From Myxococcota bacterium (GTDB lineage: Bacteria > Myxococcota_C > UBA6777): a stretch of DNA of 64,000 nucleotides. The notes under the pieces are model-generated. The model was not told the origin of the DNA. It did no database searches and saw nothing but the letters and a program-made list of their open reading frames with translations. Position 1 is the stretch's first letter. Each line of letters opens with the position of its first letter. The translations under genes and the position numbers were made by a program. Below are positions 47,441 through 56,981 of the stretch, in pieces. The DNA is taken from positions 1 to 64,000 of the forward strand of contig JAKLKB010000008.1 of NCBI GenBank assembly GCA_023150835.1, in the 5' to 3' direction.

Positions 47441-49417
47441 ATGTCCGAAGCATCGACTCAACGCATCTGTCACCAGTGTCAAGCGAATCTGCCTATCGAG
47501 GCGCGTTTTTGTTTGTTTTGTGGTGCAGCGCAGCCTGTCGGACAGGGGGCTGCGCCGAGCCCTGCGAAGCAACAGGCCGAGGCTTTCGGCAAAGCACCGA
47601 CCGCAGACAGGGGGCAGCACGACACTTCTTTGGGGGAGATCGACGTGGGTGCAGCGACGTGGGTGGATATCTCGAACGATCGCGAACATACCGAAGGCTT
47701 GAGGAAAACAGAGGAATTGGGGCAAAAAACGGACGAGCAAACAACGCTTGAAGCGTTGGGATCGGGTTCGACGTGGAGTCCTGCGCTTGTCGCAGCACGT
47801 CCGTTGGGGACACCTTCGGGAGAGCGTTACGACGGTCGGTTGCGTGTGGGGGATCGGATCGGTGGGCATTATGAGATCGTGGGTGTCTTGGGTGAGGGGG
47901 GGATGGGGGTGGTGTATGGTGCGCACGATCACAAAGCCCAACGAGAGGTCGCGATCAAGACGCTGCATGCAAACCTGCTTGGCGATGCGGGAATTCGTCA
48001 GCGGTTTTTGCGTGAGGCGCGGGTGATGTCGACGTGGTCTCACCCAAATATCGTCCAAGTCTTTGATCGAATTGACGAACCAACGATCTTGGCGATGGTG
48101 ATGGAGCGTGTAGACGGGATGACCTTGACGCAGTACCTCAAGCAATGGGGCGGGCAGATGCCTTTTGAGGAGATGCGGGAGATCTTTTTGCCGATCCTTG
48201 ATGCGGCGGCAGAAGCCCACCGACACGGGATTATCCATCGCGATATCAAGCCCGACAACATCTTGCTGGCGCGGGGAGTCAAGCGCATGGTCCCGAAGGT
48301 CGCCGACTTTGGGTTGGCCAAGATCCTCGAAGGGACGACCTACACCGTCACGGGGGCTTTGTTGGGGACTTGTTTGTATATGTCCCCCGAACAAGCCCAG
48401 AGTCAGCGCGCTTTAGATCACCGCTCGGATATCTACTCGTTGGGGATCTGCTTGTATCAGCTTTGTACAGGGCGTTGCCCCTTTATGGATGCCAATCATT
48501 TCTCCCTGATGATGGCACATGTCCACCAAGTCCCGCCTTCTCCTCGTCTTTTTCGGGCAGATCTACCCGATGAAGTCGAGGCTTTGATCATGGAGACGTT
48601 GGCCAAGTCTCCCGAACAGCGGCCTGCTTCTTGTGAGGTGTTTCGTGATCGATTGCAACAAGCGCTGGATCATCTGCCTTTGGCTTCACCACCTTCTTCT
48701 TCGCGCCAGTTGTTGCCTGTGATGGTCGCTGCGGGAGCAGAGATGCGCTTGGTGCCTGCGGGGAATTTTTTGATGGGCAATGAGCGAAGAGAGATCTTCT
48801 TAGATGATTTTTACATGGACACTTATCCTGTGACAAATCGCTTGTTTCAGGTCTTTTTGGAGGCGACAGGTTATGGTCCGCGTGATCGAGAAGCGCATCG
48901 CTTTTTGGTGCATTGGGGGGCAGGGCGCAAGTGCCCGTCGCATCTTGCGGATCATCCCGTCGTTTATGTTTCTTGGTACGATGCAAGGGCCTATGCTGCG
49001 TGGGCAGGCAAGATGCTTCCTTCGGAGGCGCAGTGGGAAAAAGCAGCCCGAGGACAGGATGGCCGAAAATACCCTTGGGGACGGGATGATCCCGACGATC
49101 TTCGTGCAAACTTTCACCGACGATCCCAAGGCACCCGTTCTGTGCATCTGTCCCCAAAGGGCGTTTCGGTGTACGGGATACAAGACTTGGCTGGAAACGT
49201 GTGGGAGTGGTGTGAAGACGTCGATGATCCGGCCTTTTATGCAAAGGGGCCGACGCACAATCCCCGCAACGTGATGCGCTCGGAAGAGGCCCGCTTTGTT
49301 TTGCGCGGAGGTTCTTGGATCTACAATGCGCGTGCGCTGCGTACGACCGCCCGTTTTAGCCACGAACCCACCGCACGCCTTGAAGACGTCGGGTTCCGTT
49401 GTCTCCGCTTGCCGTAA
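47441..49417 (+). CDS. Zinc ribbon + Ser/Thr kinase + FGE-sulfatase (SUMF1/CLec) domain protein
   Basis: CHQC...FCLFCG; LGEGGMGVVY, HRDIKPDN, DFG, YMSPE; FLMG, PVTN, LPSEAQWEKAARG, DLAGNVWEW, RGGSW, GFRC. Confidence 0.95.
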   Translation: MSEASTQRICHQCQANLPIEARFCLFCGAAQPVGQGAAPSPAKQQAEAFGKAPTADRGQHDTSLGEIDVGAATWVDISNDREHTEGLRKTEELGQKTDEQTTLEALGSGSTWSPALVAARPLGTPSGERYDGRLRVGDRIGGHYEIVGVLGEGGMGVVYGAHDHKAQREVAIKTLHANLLGDAGIRQRFLREARVMSTWSHPNIVQVFDRIDEPTILAMVMERVDGMTLTQYLKQWGGQMPFEEMREIFLPILDAAAEAHRHGIIHRDIKPDNILLARGVKRMVPKVADFGLAKILEGTTYTVTGALLGTCLYMSPEQAQSQRALDHRSDIYSLGICLYQLCTGRCPFMDANHFSLMMAHVHQVPPSPRLFRADLPDEVEALIMETLAKSPEQRPASCEVFRDRLQQALDHLPLASPPSSSRQLLPVMVAAGAEMRLVPAGNFLMGNERREIFLDDFYMDTYPVTNRLFQVFLEATGYGPRDREAHRFLVHWGAGRKCPSHLADHPVVYVSWYDARAYAAWAGKMLPSEAQWEKAARGQDGRKYPWGRDDPDDLRANFHRRSQGTRSVHLSPKGVSVYGIQDLAGNVWEWCEDVDDPAFYAKGPTHNPRNVMRSEEARFVLRGGSWIYNARALRTTARFSHEPTARLEDVGFRCLRLP

Positions 49418-49504
49418 AAGCATCACGAAACTTCGAGGGCATAGGAGTGGTGCGGCTGCCAAAAAAGCCGTGTTTGCGAACGCTTAAGCGAGGGCGTTGA
49501 TGGT

Positions 49505-49582
49505 GTGAAAAACATTGATCTGTTCGCCGATAGGGGGCCAAGGGGCGGCAGTCCCTTGTGGGGTTTGGGGTGACACCCCCAC
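49505..49582. repeat. REP-like element, family C
   Basis: GAAAAACATTGATCTGTTCGCCGATAGGGGGCCAAGGGG...CCCTTGTGGGGTTTGGGGTGACACCCCCACA. Confidence 0.85.
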
Positions 49583-49699
49583 AAAAACCATCCAAATGTG
49601 CAAGCTCTATCGGAAGAAAACTTGCGTCTTGTAGCGGGGTTGGGTTTGATGGGGGGACGTAGTGATTGAAGAAACACAACAAGAAAGGCCAGCGCGCTC

Positions 49700-51004
49700 A
49701 TGGAACAACAGAAAAACATCCGTATCACCGAACCTTCCCGCTGGAATGGGAGGATGGCTTGGCGTGTTGGTTGGTGGTTGGTTGGGGTTTGGTGGATCTT
49801 GAGTGGCTATGGGGGGGGGCAAGCACGCGCCAAAGGCAGCTTTCGGGACTATCAAAAGGCTTGTGAGAAAGGCAATCCCAACGGATGTTTGCAGTCGGGA
49901 TATCTGCTTGAATTGGGCAAGAAAGTACCGAAAGACCCACAAGAAGCTTTGCGGATGTATCTGCGTGCTTGTGAACTCAAGCAGGCGAGAGGATGCACAG
50001 ACGCGGGGGTGATGTGGGCAAAGGGGCTTGTGGGAAAGCCTTCGATGATGAAGGCTTTAACCCTTTACGAAAAAGGCTGTGCAGGGCGCGATCACAAAGG
50101 CTGTTTTTTGTGGGCGTTGTGGTTGGAGCGAGAGAAGCTCACACAGCCGATCGCGGCGGCGCACCAAGCCTATGAAAAAGCATGCACTTATGGATCGGGT
50201 GCGGCGTGTGTCTTGTTGGGGCGGCGCTTTGCAAGCGGGCGCTTGGCACCACGTGATCCAAAACGCGCTGCAGAATTGTTTCGCCGCGCTTGCTTGTCGC
50301 GAAATGATCATGAGGGTTGTGCGCGTTGGTCGATCTTTCTTGATCGTGGGGTCGGTGGGACCGCCGATCCCGCGTTGGCTCAGCGCAATTGGAAGTGGTC
50401 TTGTGAGAAAAAGTATGGCTTTGCGTGTACGTTGTTGGGGGCGAGTTTTCGTGATGGACGTATCGGGAAACCTTCTCCCGCCAAGGCCGCCAAGATGTTT
50501 CGCTTGGGTTGCCGTTTGCGCGATCCAAACGGTTGTATGCTGTTGGCTCGCCTTTATGAAGGCGGTTCGGGAGCCAAAGCCTCCCAAGGAAAATCGAGTC
50601 GCCAAGCCCAAGAACTCTACCAAAAAGCCTGCCGTCTCGGTATGCACCAAGCCTGTTTTACGCTTGCAGTGAATTACGAAAAAGGATCTGGCTTACGAAA
50701 AAATCGAGATCTCTCTCTCAAGATGTACGAAAAATCTTGTGAGCTAGGTTCTGGAATCGGCTGCTATGCTTTGGCATTTCATCTGCAAGCAGGCCCCCCA
50801 CAAATCTCTAACGAAAAAAAGAAAAAGCCTAAAAAAAACAAAAAGAGATCACGCCCAAAAAAGAGTTCAAGATCCGCCTCGGCGGTTTCTTCGCCCAGAC
50901 CGGCCTATGAGGTCCCAGAAGCCAAAGTCTTGCGCCTTGTGCAGCGTGCTTGTGCCTTGGGGTACGCGCTTGCGTGCAAAGTAGAAAAAATTCGCGAGCC
51001 ATAG
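49700..51004 (+). CDS. Secreted Cys-rich Sel1-like repeat protein (HcpA-like)
   Basis: Repeated YxKACxxGxxxGCxxLG units; signal peptide. Confidence 0.92.
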   Translation: MEQQKNIRITEPSRWNGRMAWRVGWWLVGVWWILSGYGGGQARAKGSFRDYQKACEKGNPNGCLQSGYLLELGKKVPKDPQEALRMYLRACELKQARGCTDAGVMWAKGLVGKPSMMKALTLYEKGCAGRDHKGCFLWALWLEREKLTQPIAAAHQAYEKACTYGSGAACVLLGRRFASGRLAPRDPKRAAELFRRACLSRNDHEGCARWSIFLDRGVGGTADPALAQRNWKWSCEKKYGFACTLLGASFRDGRIGKPSPAKAAKMFRLGCRLRDPNGCMLLARLYEGGSGAKASQGKSSRQAQELYQKACRLGMHQACFTLAVNYEKGSGLRKNRDLSLKMYEKSCELGSGIGCYALAFHLQAGPPQISNEKKKKPKKNKKRSRPKKSSRSASAVSSPRPAYEVPEAKVLRLVQRACALGYALACKVEKIREP

Positions 51005-51143
51005 AACAGCTTGCGGTCTTCGCAGAAGCGGCAAGCGTCGGGGTTGTACTGTGTGTGGGTCTCGGAGCAGGGGTGAAAGCGTCGAGAAAGCGTCGGCAGA
51101 GAGGGCCGCTAGAACGTTGCACTATGTGGATCGAAGCAGGGCG

Positions 51144-52991
51144 TTAAAGTGGGGTGGAGGAGAGGATGTTTCGTGCGCGGATCAAAAGCATCCCGACGTT
51201 GATGTGGGCGGGGCAAACAAAGACCACGACGACGCGGGGATGGGCATGCAAACGCCCAAAAAAGTGGATGAGGTTGGAAGAAAAGATCACACACTCCCGA
51301 AAATAGGGTTCTTGTGGGGTGCTGCGCTCTGTTTGTAAGAGCGCTTCGATGGTTTTGGCGCTTGGGCCTTCAAACAGCTCCGTAGTTGTGGCTGCGACGA
51401 GATCGAGCACCTCGCGATCGTGGGGGCGTGCGGTGTGGACGTCTACAAGAAATCCCGTGTCGATGTCGACGATGCCGACGCCAAGAAGGTGATGGATCTC
51501 TTGTAGGGCGCGTTGTATCAGCAGTGTTTCCGTGTTGGTGCGTGAGGAAGTGGGCGAGGGTTGTGCGGAAGCGGAAGCAGCGGGGGAAGCAGCGGGGAAA
51601 GCAGCGGAAGCAGCGGGAAAAGCAGCGGGGAAAGCAGCGTGGGAAACAGCGAAAGAAGCGGAAGCCGTATGGGAAGCAGCGGAAGCGTAAGGAGAAGAAA
51701 GCATGGAAGCCGCTTCGTAAGAAAGAGAAGGTAAGGAGGATGCGACACGCACCGAAGATTCGGATTCGTGGATGCGTTGCAGCGGGGAGATCGGCGTGAG
51801 CGTGGGGGCGTGGCTGAGCGGAGTCTCTTCGAAAGAGCCATCGAGCTTTTGTGCGTGCAAGGGGGCTTGAAGATCGCGGGTGGTGGGGGCGGGTAGGTCG
51901 TCAAAGCTGAGGCTTGCAAAAGGGTGGCGGTGGGCTTGGTCGAGGGCGGATGGGCTGGGCGAGACGCAAGCAGGACGGGGATCGGGTGCGTGATGTGCGT
52001 GGGGATGCAAGGGCAAAGAAGGGCGTGCTGTTGGTAAAGAAGAGACAAGCGAAGTCGGAAAAAGCGAGAGGCTTTCTTGGATGGCGTGTTCGAGGGTGGG
52101 GGCTTCGCGGAGGGCGTAGGCATGGACAGCATGAACAAGCGCACGCCAAAAGACGGATGCTGTGCTGGGTCGATCATCTGCTTTTTTGGACAGGAACCAT
52201 TGCAAGGCTTGTTCGAGTTCGGGGAGTTTGGCGAAAAAGGGGTTGACATCGGAAAGTAGAGGCGGGGGTTTTTGAACGTGTTGTGACATCAGACTATAAG
52301 TGCTGTCGCCCAAGAAGGGGAGCCGCCCGGTCAGGGCTTCAAAGAGCAAGACACCCAACGAATAAAGATCCGTCCGAGGGTCGGGATCAAGCATCCCTTG
52401 GGCTTGTTCGGGGGACATATACTGAGGGGTGCCGAGAGTGGTTCCTGCAAGGGTGATCGGGCTATCCGATTCAAACAACCGAGCGATACCAAAGTCGATC
52501 AGTTTTGCGTGGGTCCACGTCTTTTTCTGGCGGGTTTTTTCTTTGAGGATCACATTCGCAGGCTTCAAGTCGCGATGCAAAAGTCCTTGCCGATGGATGT
52601 AGTCTAATCCGCTGGCGAGTTCTGCAAAAAGTCGCAACGTCTCAGTTAAACCAAGGCCCCCCGAGGAATGATCAAGGTACTCGCGAAGGTTTTCGCCCGC
52701 AAGAAACTCCATCACCAAGTAAAGACCGACGTGATCGTCGCGTGAAAAGTCCAGTGTCTTGACGATGTTTGGATGATCCAAACCCTCCAAGATCCGGGCT
52801 TCTTGGGTGAAACGTTTTTCCCAAGAAGACAACATCTCCGGATCGGTGCGCAAGATCTTGACGGCGACGAATTGCTCGGTGTTTCGGTCTTGGGCGCGGT
52901 ACACATACGCCATCCCCCCTGCGCTGATGCGCTCGCCAAGCCGCCAGCGGCCTCCGAGTTCGCGATCTTCCCACACATCGATGTGTACCAT
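51144..52991 (-). CDS. Cytoplasmic Ser/Thr kinase with a C-terminal Roadblock/LC7-like domain
   Basis: AGGMAYVY, VAVK, HRDLKPAN, DFG, YMSPE; C-terminus LGVGIVDIDTGFLV...LDLVAATTTELF...ECVIFSSNLIHFF...NVGMLLIRAR. Confidence 0.9.
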   Translation of the reverse strand: MVHIDVWEDRELGGRWRLGERISAGGMAYVYRAQDRNTEQFVAVKILRTDPEMLSSWEKRFTQEARILEGLDHPNIVKTLDFSRDDHVGLYLVMEFLAGENLREYLDHSSGGLGLTETLRLFAELASGLDYIHRQGLLHRDLKPANVILKEKTRQKKTWTHAKLIDFGIARLFESDSPITLAGTTLGTPQYMSPEQAQGMLDPDPRTDLYSLGVLLFEALTGRLPFLGDSTYSLMSQHVQKPPPLLSDVNPFFAKLPELEQALQWFLSKKADDRPSTASVFWRALVHAVHAYALREAPTLEHAIQESLSLFPTSLVSSLPTARPSLPLHPHAHHAPDPRPACVSPSPSALDQAHRHPFASLSFDDLPAPTTRDLQAPLHAQKLDGSFEETPLSHAPTLTPISPLQRIHESESSVRVASSLPSLSYEAASMLSSPYASAASHTASASFAVSHAAFPAAFPAASAAFPAASPAASASAQPSPTSSRTNTETLLIQRALQEIHHLLGVGIVDIDTGFLVDVHTARPHDREVLDLVAATTTELFEGPSAKTIEALLQTERSTPQEPYFRECVIFSSNLIHFFGRLHAHPRVVVVFVCPAHINVGMLLIRARNILSSTPL

Positions 52992-53282
52992 GCGCTCGTT
53001 CCTGTGTTTGCTTTGGGTAAAGGAGATGCAGGACAAAACAAGACCATGCAAGTGCGCATGGGATCGTCGGAAATAAAACGAAGTACCGTTGTTTTTTTAA
53101 GGGGGTTTTGGGAAAAGTCAAGTGTTTGTGGGCTGTCGGGTGCGTTAGATCTCGGATTTAAGAAGGGAAAAAAAGTGAGGGTCGCGGAGAACAGGAGAGG
53201 TGGCTTTGTGTGCGCGGAAGTCTTGGAATGAGGTCTCTGTGTTTAGAAAAGTTCTTGTCTGCCACGCAGCGGCTTTGTGTGC

Positions 53283-53448
53283 ATAATACGAAATCCGCCT
53301 GTTTACCATAAAGAGGTAGGAGCAGCCCCCTGTGGCAGCCCGATAATAGGGCATATCCGTAAAATGTAGGGGCAGCCCCCTGTGGCAGCCCGATAATAGG
53401 GCATATCCGTACTATCCTTTGTGTACACATTACTCGGATATCGTATGA
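53283..53448. repeat. Family B MITE with a duplicated internal REP unit
   Basis: ATACGAAATCCG ... (GCAGCCCCCTGTGGCAGCCCGATAATAGGGCATATCCGTA) x2 ... CGGATATCGTATGA. Confidence 0.9.
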
Positions 53449-55152
53449 TTATGCGAAGATCTCGCTGGGTGAGCAAAGTCGGCGAGCGTAGCGCAAAAGG
53501 AGTTCGGTGGAGATGTTGGGAGGGAGGAGAAAAAGAACAGCGGCTTGGGTTTGAGTGGGGAGGAAAGCGATGTAATGGAGGAGATGTTCGGAGCAGAGGA
53601 TGGCTTCTTGGAAGGCCAAGGGGGTGGTGGGCGAGGCGTTTTGGGTGTGGAGAAGCCGAAACAACGGGGTTGAATGGAGGAGGGCGGCATGGGTCTCGGG
53701 ATCTTGGGCGTGTTGTGCGATCCAACGTTCGTGGGGAAGGGAGAAGACGCCTGCCCCGCAAAGCGTGGGGAGTTGTTCAGCGGCTTTACGCAAGAGCCGT
53801 TCAGCGGCATGGCGGAAAGGGTCTTGAGGGAGGGCATTGGGTTCGATTAGGGTGTGCTCATCCAGCCCTTCGATGCGGGGGTTGTGTGGGGTGGCGGAGG
53901 GCGGTTGTGTGGGGGGGAAGGTCTCTTGGGGGGCAGGATAAGGGGGGCGCGTGGCGTAGAAGGAGGGCAGAGCGTCAAGGGCATCAAAAGAAGAGGGGGC
54001 ATGGGGCAGATCGTGGTGTTTGGACAGATCGTGGTGTTTGGGCAGAGAGAGCGTTGGATTTTCAAAGTGAAGCGCTTGTAAGGCATCCATTGAATCAAAG
54101 GCAGGGCGTCGAGTGGCGGGTGTGACGATGGAGGCGGGATGAGGGGTGAGTTTGGCGCGTGTGTGGCTGGCCATCTCGATGATTTGGGGCGGATCTTCCG
54201 AAGGATTCGAGATCTCGGGGAGGAGAGGTAGTTCAAGTGTGTCGAGTTCATCGATCCATGCGGGATCTTCGCGGTAAGCAAAGGAGCGGAAGGAGTCGAG
54301 GATGGTTTGCCAGAAAGTACGAAGGTCACGGGGCCGCGCTTCGGGGGTTTTGGCCATGCCCCAAAGCAGGGTTTGTTCGAGTTCGGGGAGGCGTTCAAAA
54401 AAGGCATCGCGTTCGCGCAGATAGGGAGGAGGGGCGTGGACGTGGCTGGCCATGATGGCGTAGGCCGTTTTGCCGGTGAAGGGAACGTCTCCTGTGAGGG
54501 CTTCAAAGAGCATCACGGTGAGGGCATAGAGATCCGTGCGGTGGTCGATCTGTTGTTGGCCTTGGGCTTGTTCGGGGGCCATGTAGAGGGGGGTTCCGAG
54601 GGTGGTGTTGGAGCGGGTGATCGGGGATTCTTCGTCGATGGGGCGAGCGATGCCAAAGTCGATGATCTTGATCTGTGGTGTTTTTTGGTGGGCTTGGGCA
54701 GGTAACAAGAAGATGTTGCCGGGTTTGAGGTCGCGGTGAAGGAGGCGACGGTGGTGGATATAATCGAGACCTGCACAGATCTGCGAAAAGATCCGAGCGA
54801 TCTCGTGGAGTCCGAGGGGAACGGTGCGGCGCTTGAGCAGATCTTGGAGGTTGTAGCCTTCTAGCCACTCCATGACCAAGAGATAGCCGAGAAAAGCGTC
54901 TTCGCCTGCATGGAGAGACCGCACGATATGGGGGTGGTGAAGTTGCGCAAGTAGGCGGGCTTCACGGAGGAATCGTTGTCCCCATGTGGTCTCGTTTTGG
55001 CGGTTGGGATCGAGTACCTTGATCGCGGCGGGTTGTTGGGAGTGGGTATCAAGGGCTTGGAATACAGAAGACATTCCGCCTGTGTAGACACAATGTTGGA
55101 TCTTCCAACGCGAAAACAGGACACGATCTTTCCATAAAGACTCGGATAACAT
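53449..55152 (-). CDS. Cytoplasmic Ser/Thr kinase paralog with a divergent Roadblock-like C-terminal domain
   Basis: TGGMSSVF, AAIK, HRDLKPGN, DFG, YMAPE; C-terminus LCGAGVFSL...FQEAILCSEHLLHYI...NISTELLLRYAR aligns with the neighbouring kinase. Confidence 0.88.
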   Translation of the reverse strand: MLSESLWKDRVLFSRWKIQHCVYTGGMSSVFQALDTHSQQPAAIKVLDPNRQNETTWGQRFLREARLLAQLHHPHIVRSLHAGEDAFLGYLLVMEWLEGYNLQDLLKRRTVPLGLHEIARIFSQICAGLDYIHHRRLLHRDLKPGNIFLLPAQAHQKTPQIKIIDFGIARPIDEESPITRSNTTLGTPLYMAPEQAQGQQQIDHRTDLYALTVMLFEALTGDVPFTGKTAYAIMASHVHAPPPYLRERDAFFERLPELEQTLLWGMAKTPEARPRDLRTFWQTILDSFRSFAYREDPAWIDELDTLELPLLPEISNPSEDPPQIIEMASHTRAKLTPHPASIVTPATRRPAFDSMDALQALHFENPTLSLPKHHDLSKHHDLPHAPSSFDALDALPSFYATRPPYPAPQETFPPTQPPSATPHNPRIEGLDEHTLIEPNALPQDPFRHAAERLLRKAAEQLPTLCGAGVFSLPHERWIAQHAQDPETHAALLHSTPLFRLLHTQNASPTTPLAFQEAILCSEHLLHYIAFLPTQTQAAVLFLLPPNISTELLLRYARRLCSPSEIFA

Positions 55153-55444
55153 GGCACAATCCTTCCACAAAAAGCACTCCACCATGCAAGGGTGTGCGCG
55201 GTGGGCGAGGATGTAGTGAGGTTGTGAAGGGATGTCAAGAGGGAAAACAAAGGATGGTGCGGTTGTTTTTGTGGTGAGAGGAGCGGGCGGGTGTTGTTTG
55301 GCGGATGTCAAGAGGGAAAATGAAGATTTGTGTGGTCGTCGATGGACAACAAGGCGGTAGGGTGAGGAGAGCGATGTTGTCATGGAGGAAGGCTTGGGAT
55401 ATAGGTGGAGAAGGCACAGGCGAAGAAGAGAGCGGAGCATCGGC

Positions 55445-56245
55445 ATGGTGGCAAAAGAGTTAACAAAACGTGAGGAGATCGAGCCTTATTTGCGGAGGGA
55501 TGTGGGGTTGCATCTGTACGCGCTTGGGGATCTAGAAGAGCCATATTGGTCGCGGGCGCGTTGGTGGGGATGGGAAGAGAAGGGTGAGTTAGAAGGGGTG
55601 TTGTTGCTGTACAGCGGAGAAGAGGGGGCGACGGTCTTGGGACTCACGGACAAGGTGGCTGCGATGCAGTCGTTGTTGTTGGCGGTGGCTCCGATGCTGC
55701 CCGAGGAGTGTTACGCGCACCTGAGTCCACGGGTGGTGCAAGCGCTGGTTCGGGCGGGATGGATGGTGGAAAAGAAGGCTGATCTTTTTAAGATGATGTT
55801 GACGGCCCCTGAGTTTTTGGAGCATTTGCGTTTTGAGGGAGTGGAAACTCCTACAGAGTCGGACTTTTTGGAGATCGAGAGGTTGTATGCGGTGAGTTAT
55901 CCCGGGCATTGGTTTACACGCGGGCGTCTTGCCGAGGGATGGATGCGTGGGATCAAAGAAGCGGGGAGATGGGTTGCGGTGGCGGGGGTGCATGTGGTGT
56001 CACGACAGATGCGCGTTGCAGCGTTGGGCAATATCGCGGTTCATCCCGATGCACGGGGGCATGGATTGGGATTGCAAGTGACAGGGGCTTTGTCGCGTGA
56101 TCTACGAGTCCAAGGGATCGAGGATGTCGGATTAAATGTCCGTGTTGACAACAAAGTTGCACGCCGTTGTTACGAGCGTTTGGGCTTTTCGGTGGTGGCT
56201 TCTTATGGAGAGTATCGGTTGCAGCGCGAGCAAAAGCTCGTTTGA
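55445..56245 (+). CDS. GNAT N-acetyltransferase (FR47-like C-terminal domain)
   Basis: LGNIAVHPDARGHGLG, LNVRVDNKVARRCYERLGF. Confidence 0.92.
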   Translation: MVAKELTKREEIEPYLRRDVGLHLYALGDLEEPYWSRARWWGWEEKGELEGVLLLYSGEEGATVLGLTDKVAAMQSLLLAVAPMLPEECYAHLSPRVVQALVRAGWMVEKKADLFKMMLTAPEFLEHLRFEGVETPTESDFLEIERLYAVSYPGHWFTRGRLAEGWMRGIKEAGRWVAVAGVHVVSRQMRVAALGNIAVHPDARGHGLGLQVTGALSRDLRVQGIEDVGLNVRVDNKVARRCYERLGFSVVASYGEYRLQREQKLV

Positions 56246-56291
56246 GCGAGTGTCGAAGTCTTCCAACGCATTCGAGGTAAAATTCTCAACC

Positions 56292-56789
56292 ATGTCTACC
56301 GTTCAAAAGCTTTTTCCAGTACAAGCCAACAACGCATACAAAGGAAGCAAGATCGCCTTGTACGCGAGTTATCCGATCCTTACGATGCTGCTGTTTCGCT
56401 CATGCGTTCATTTTCTAAAAGGGGATGGTGGGGTGAATTCCATCGCCACCATCGTACGATTTGACGGAAGTCCTGATCCCAACCGGGTGATCTATCTGTT
56501 TAGTTCGTTGTGGGGTTCTCAGCAACTGCTTTTTGTGTTGCTATTTGTTGTGGTGCTGGTTCGTTATAGAAACCTGCTGCCTTTGTTCTATGCGCTTCTT
56601 GTTGTTGAGGTCTGCTTTCGTTTGGTGGTTGGTTTTTTGCATTCTTTGGATACCTCTTTTTATCTTCGCACGCCGCCTGGAAAACTCGGAAATCTTCCAA
56701 TGCTCATACTCTTGACGATCCTCCTTTTCTTATCGCTAAAAGAAAGATCGATTTCTGCAAATAAAACAGTGGAATCTCCCGCAAAATAA
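56292..56789 (+). CDS. Small polytopic membrane protein (4 TM), relatively AT-rich
   Basis: GAGG RBS; four hydrophobic segments. Confidence 0.8.
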   Translation: MSTVQKLFPVQANNAYKGSKIALYASYPILTMLLFRSCVHFLKGDGGVNSIATIVRFDGSPDPNRVIYLFSSLWGSQQLLFVLLFVVVLVRYRNLLPLFYALLVVEVCFRLVVGFLHSLDTSFYLRTPPGKLGNLPMLILLTILLFLSLKERSISANKTVESPAK

Positions 56790-56861
56790 CGGAGCACTCA
56801 GATATTGCGCCATATCCTTGAAAACTCCCGTGTTCGTGGGCTTTCAAGCGATAGTGCTGTA

Positions 56862-56942
56862 GGTTTGAAAAACGCTGATCTCTTCGCCAATATGGGGTCA
56901 AGGGGGCGTGACCCCTTGTGGGGTGTGGGGTGACACCCCACA
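56862..56942. repeat. REP-like element, family C
   Basis: GGTTTGAAAAACGCTGATCTCTTCGCCAATATGGGGTCAAGGGGCGTGACCCCTTGTGGGGTGTGGGGTGACACCCCACA. Confidence 0.88.
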
Positions 56943-56981
56943 AAAACAGACCCGCCTACATCCGTTCGATGTGCAAAGAGA

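Noticed and set aside
49280-49417. FGE/CLec C-terminus as a DGR variable region
   Set aside because: No template repeat with adenine-specific differences and no reverse transcriptase were seen in the window.
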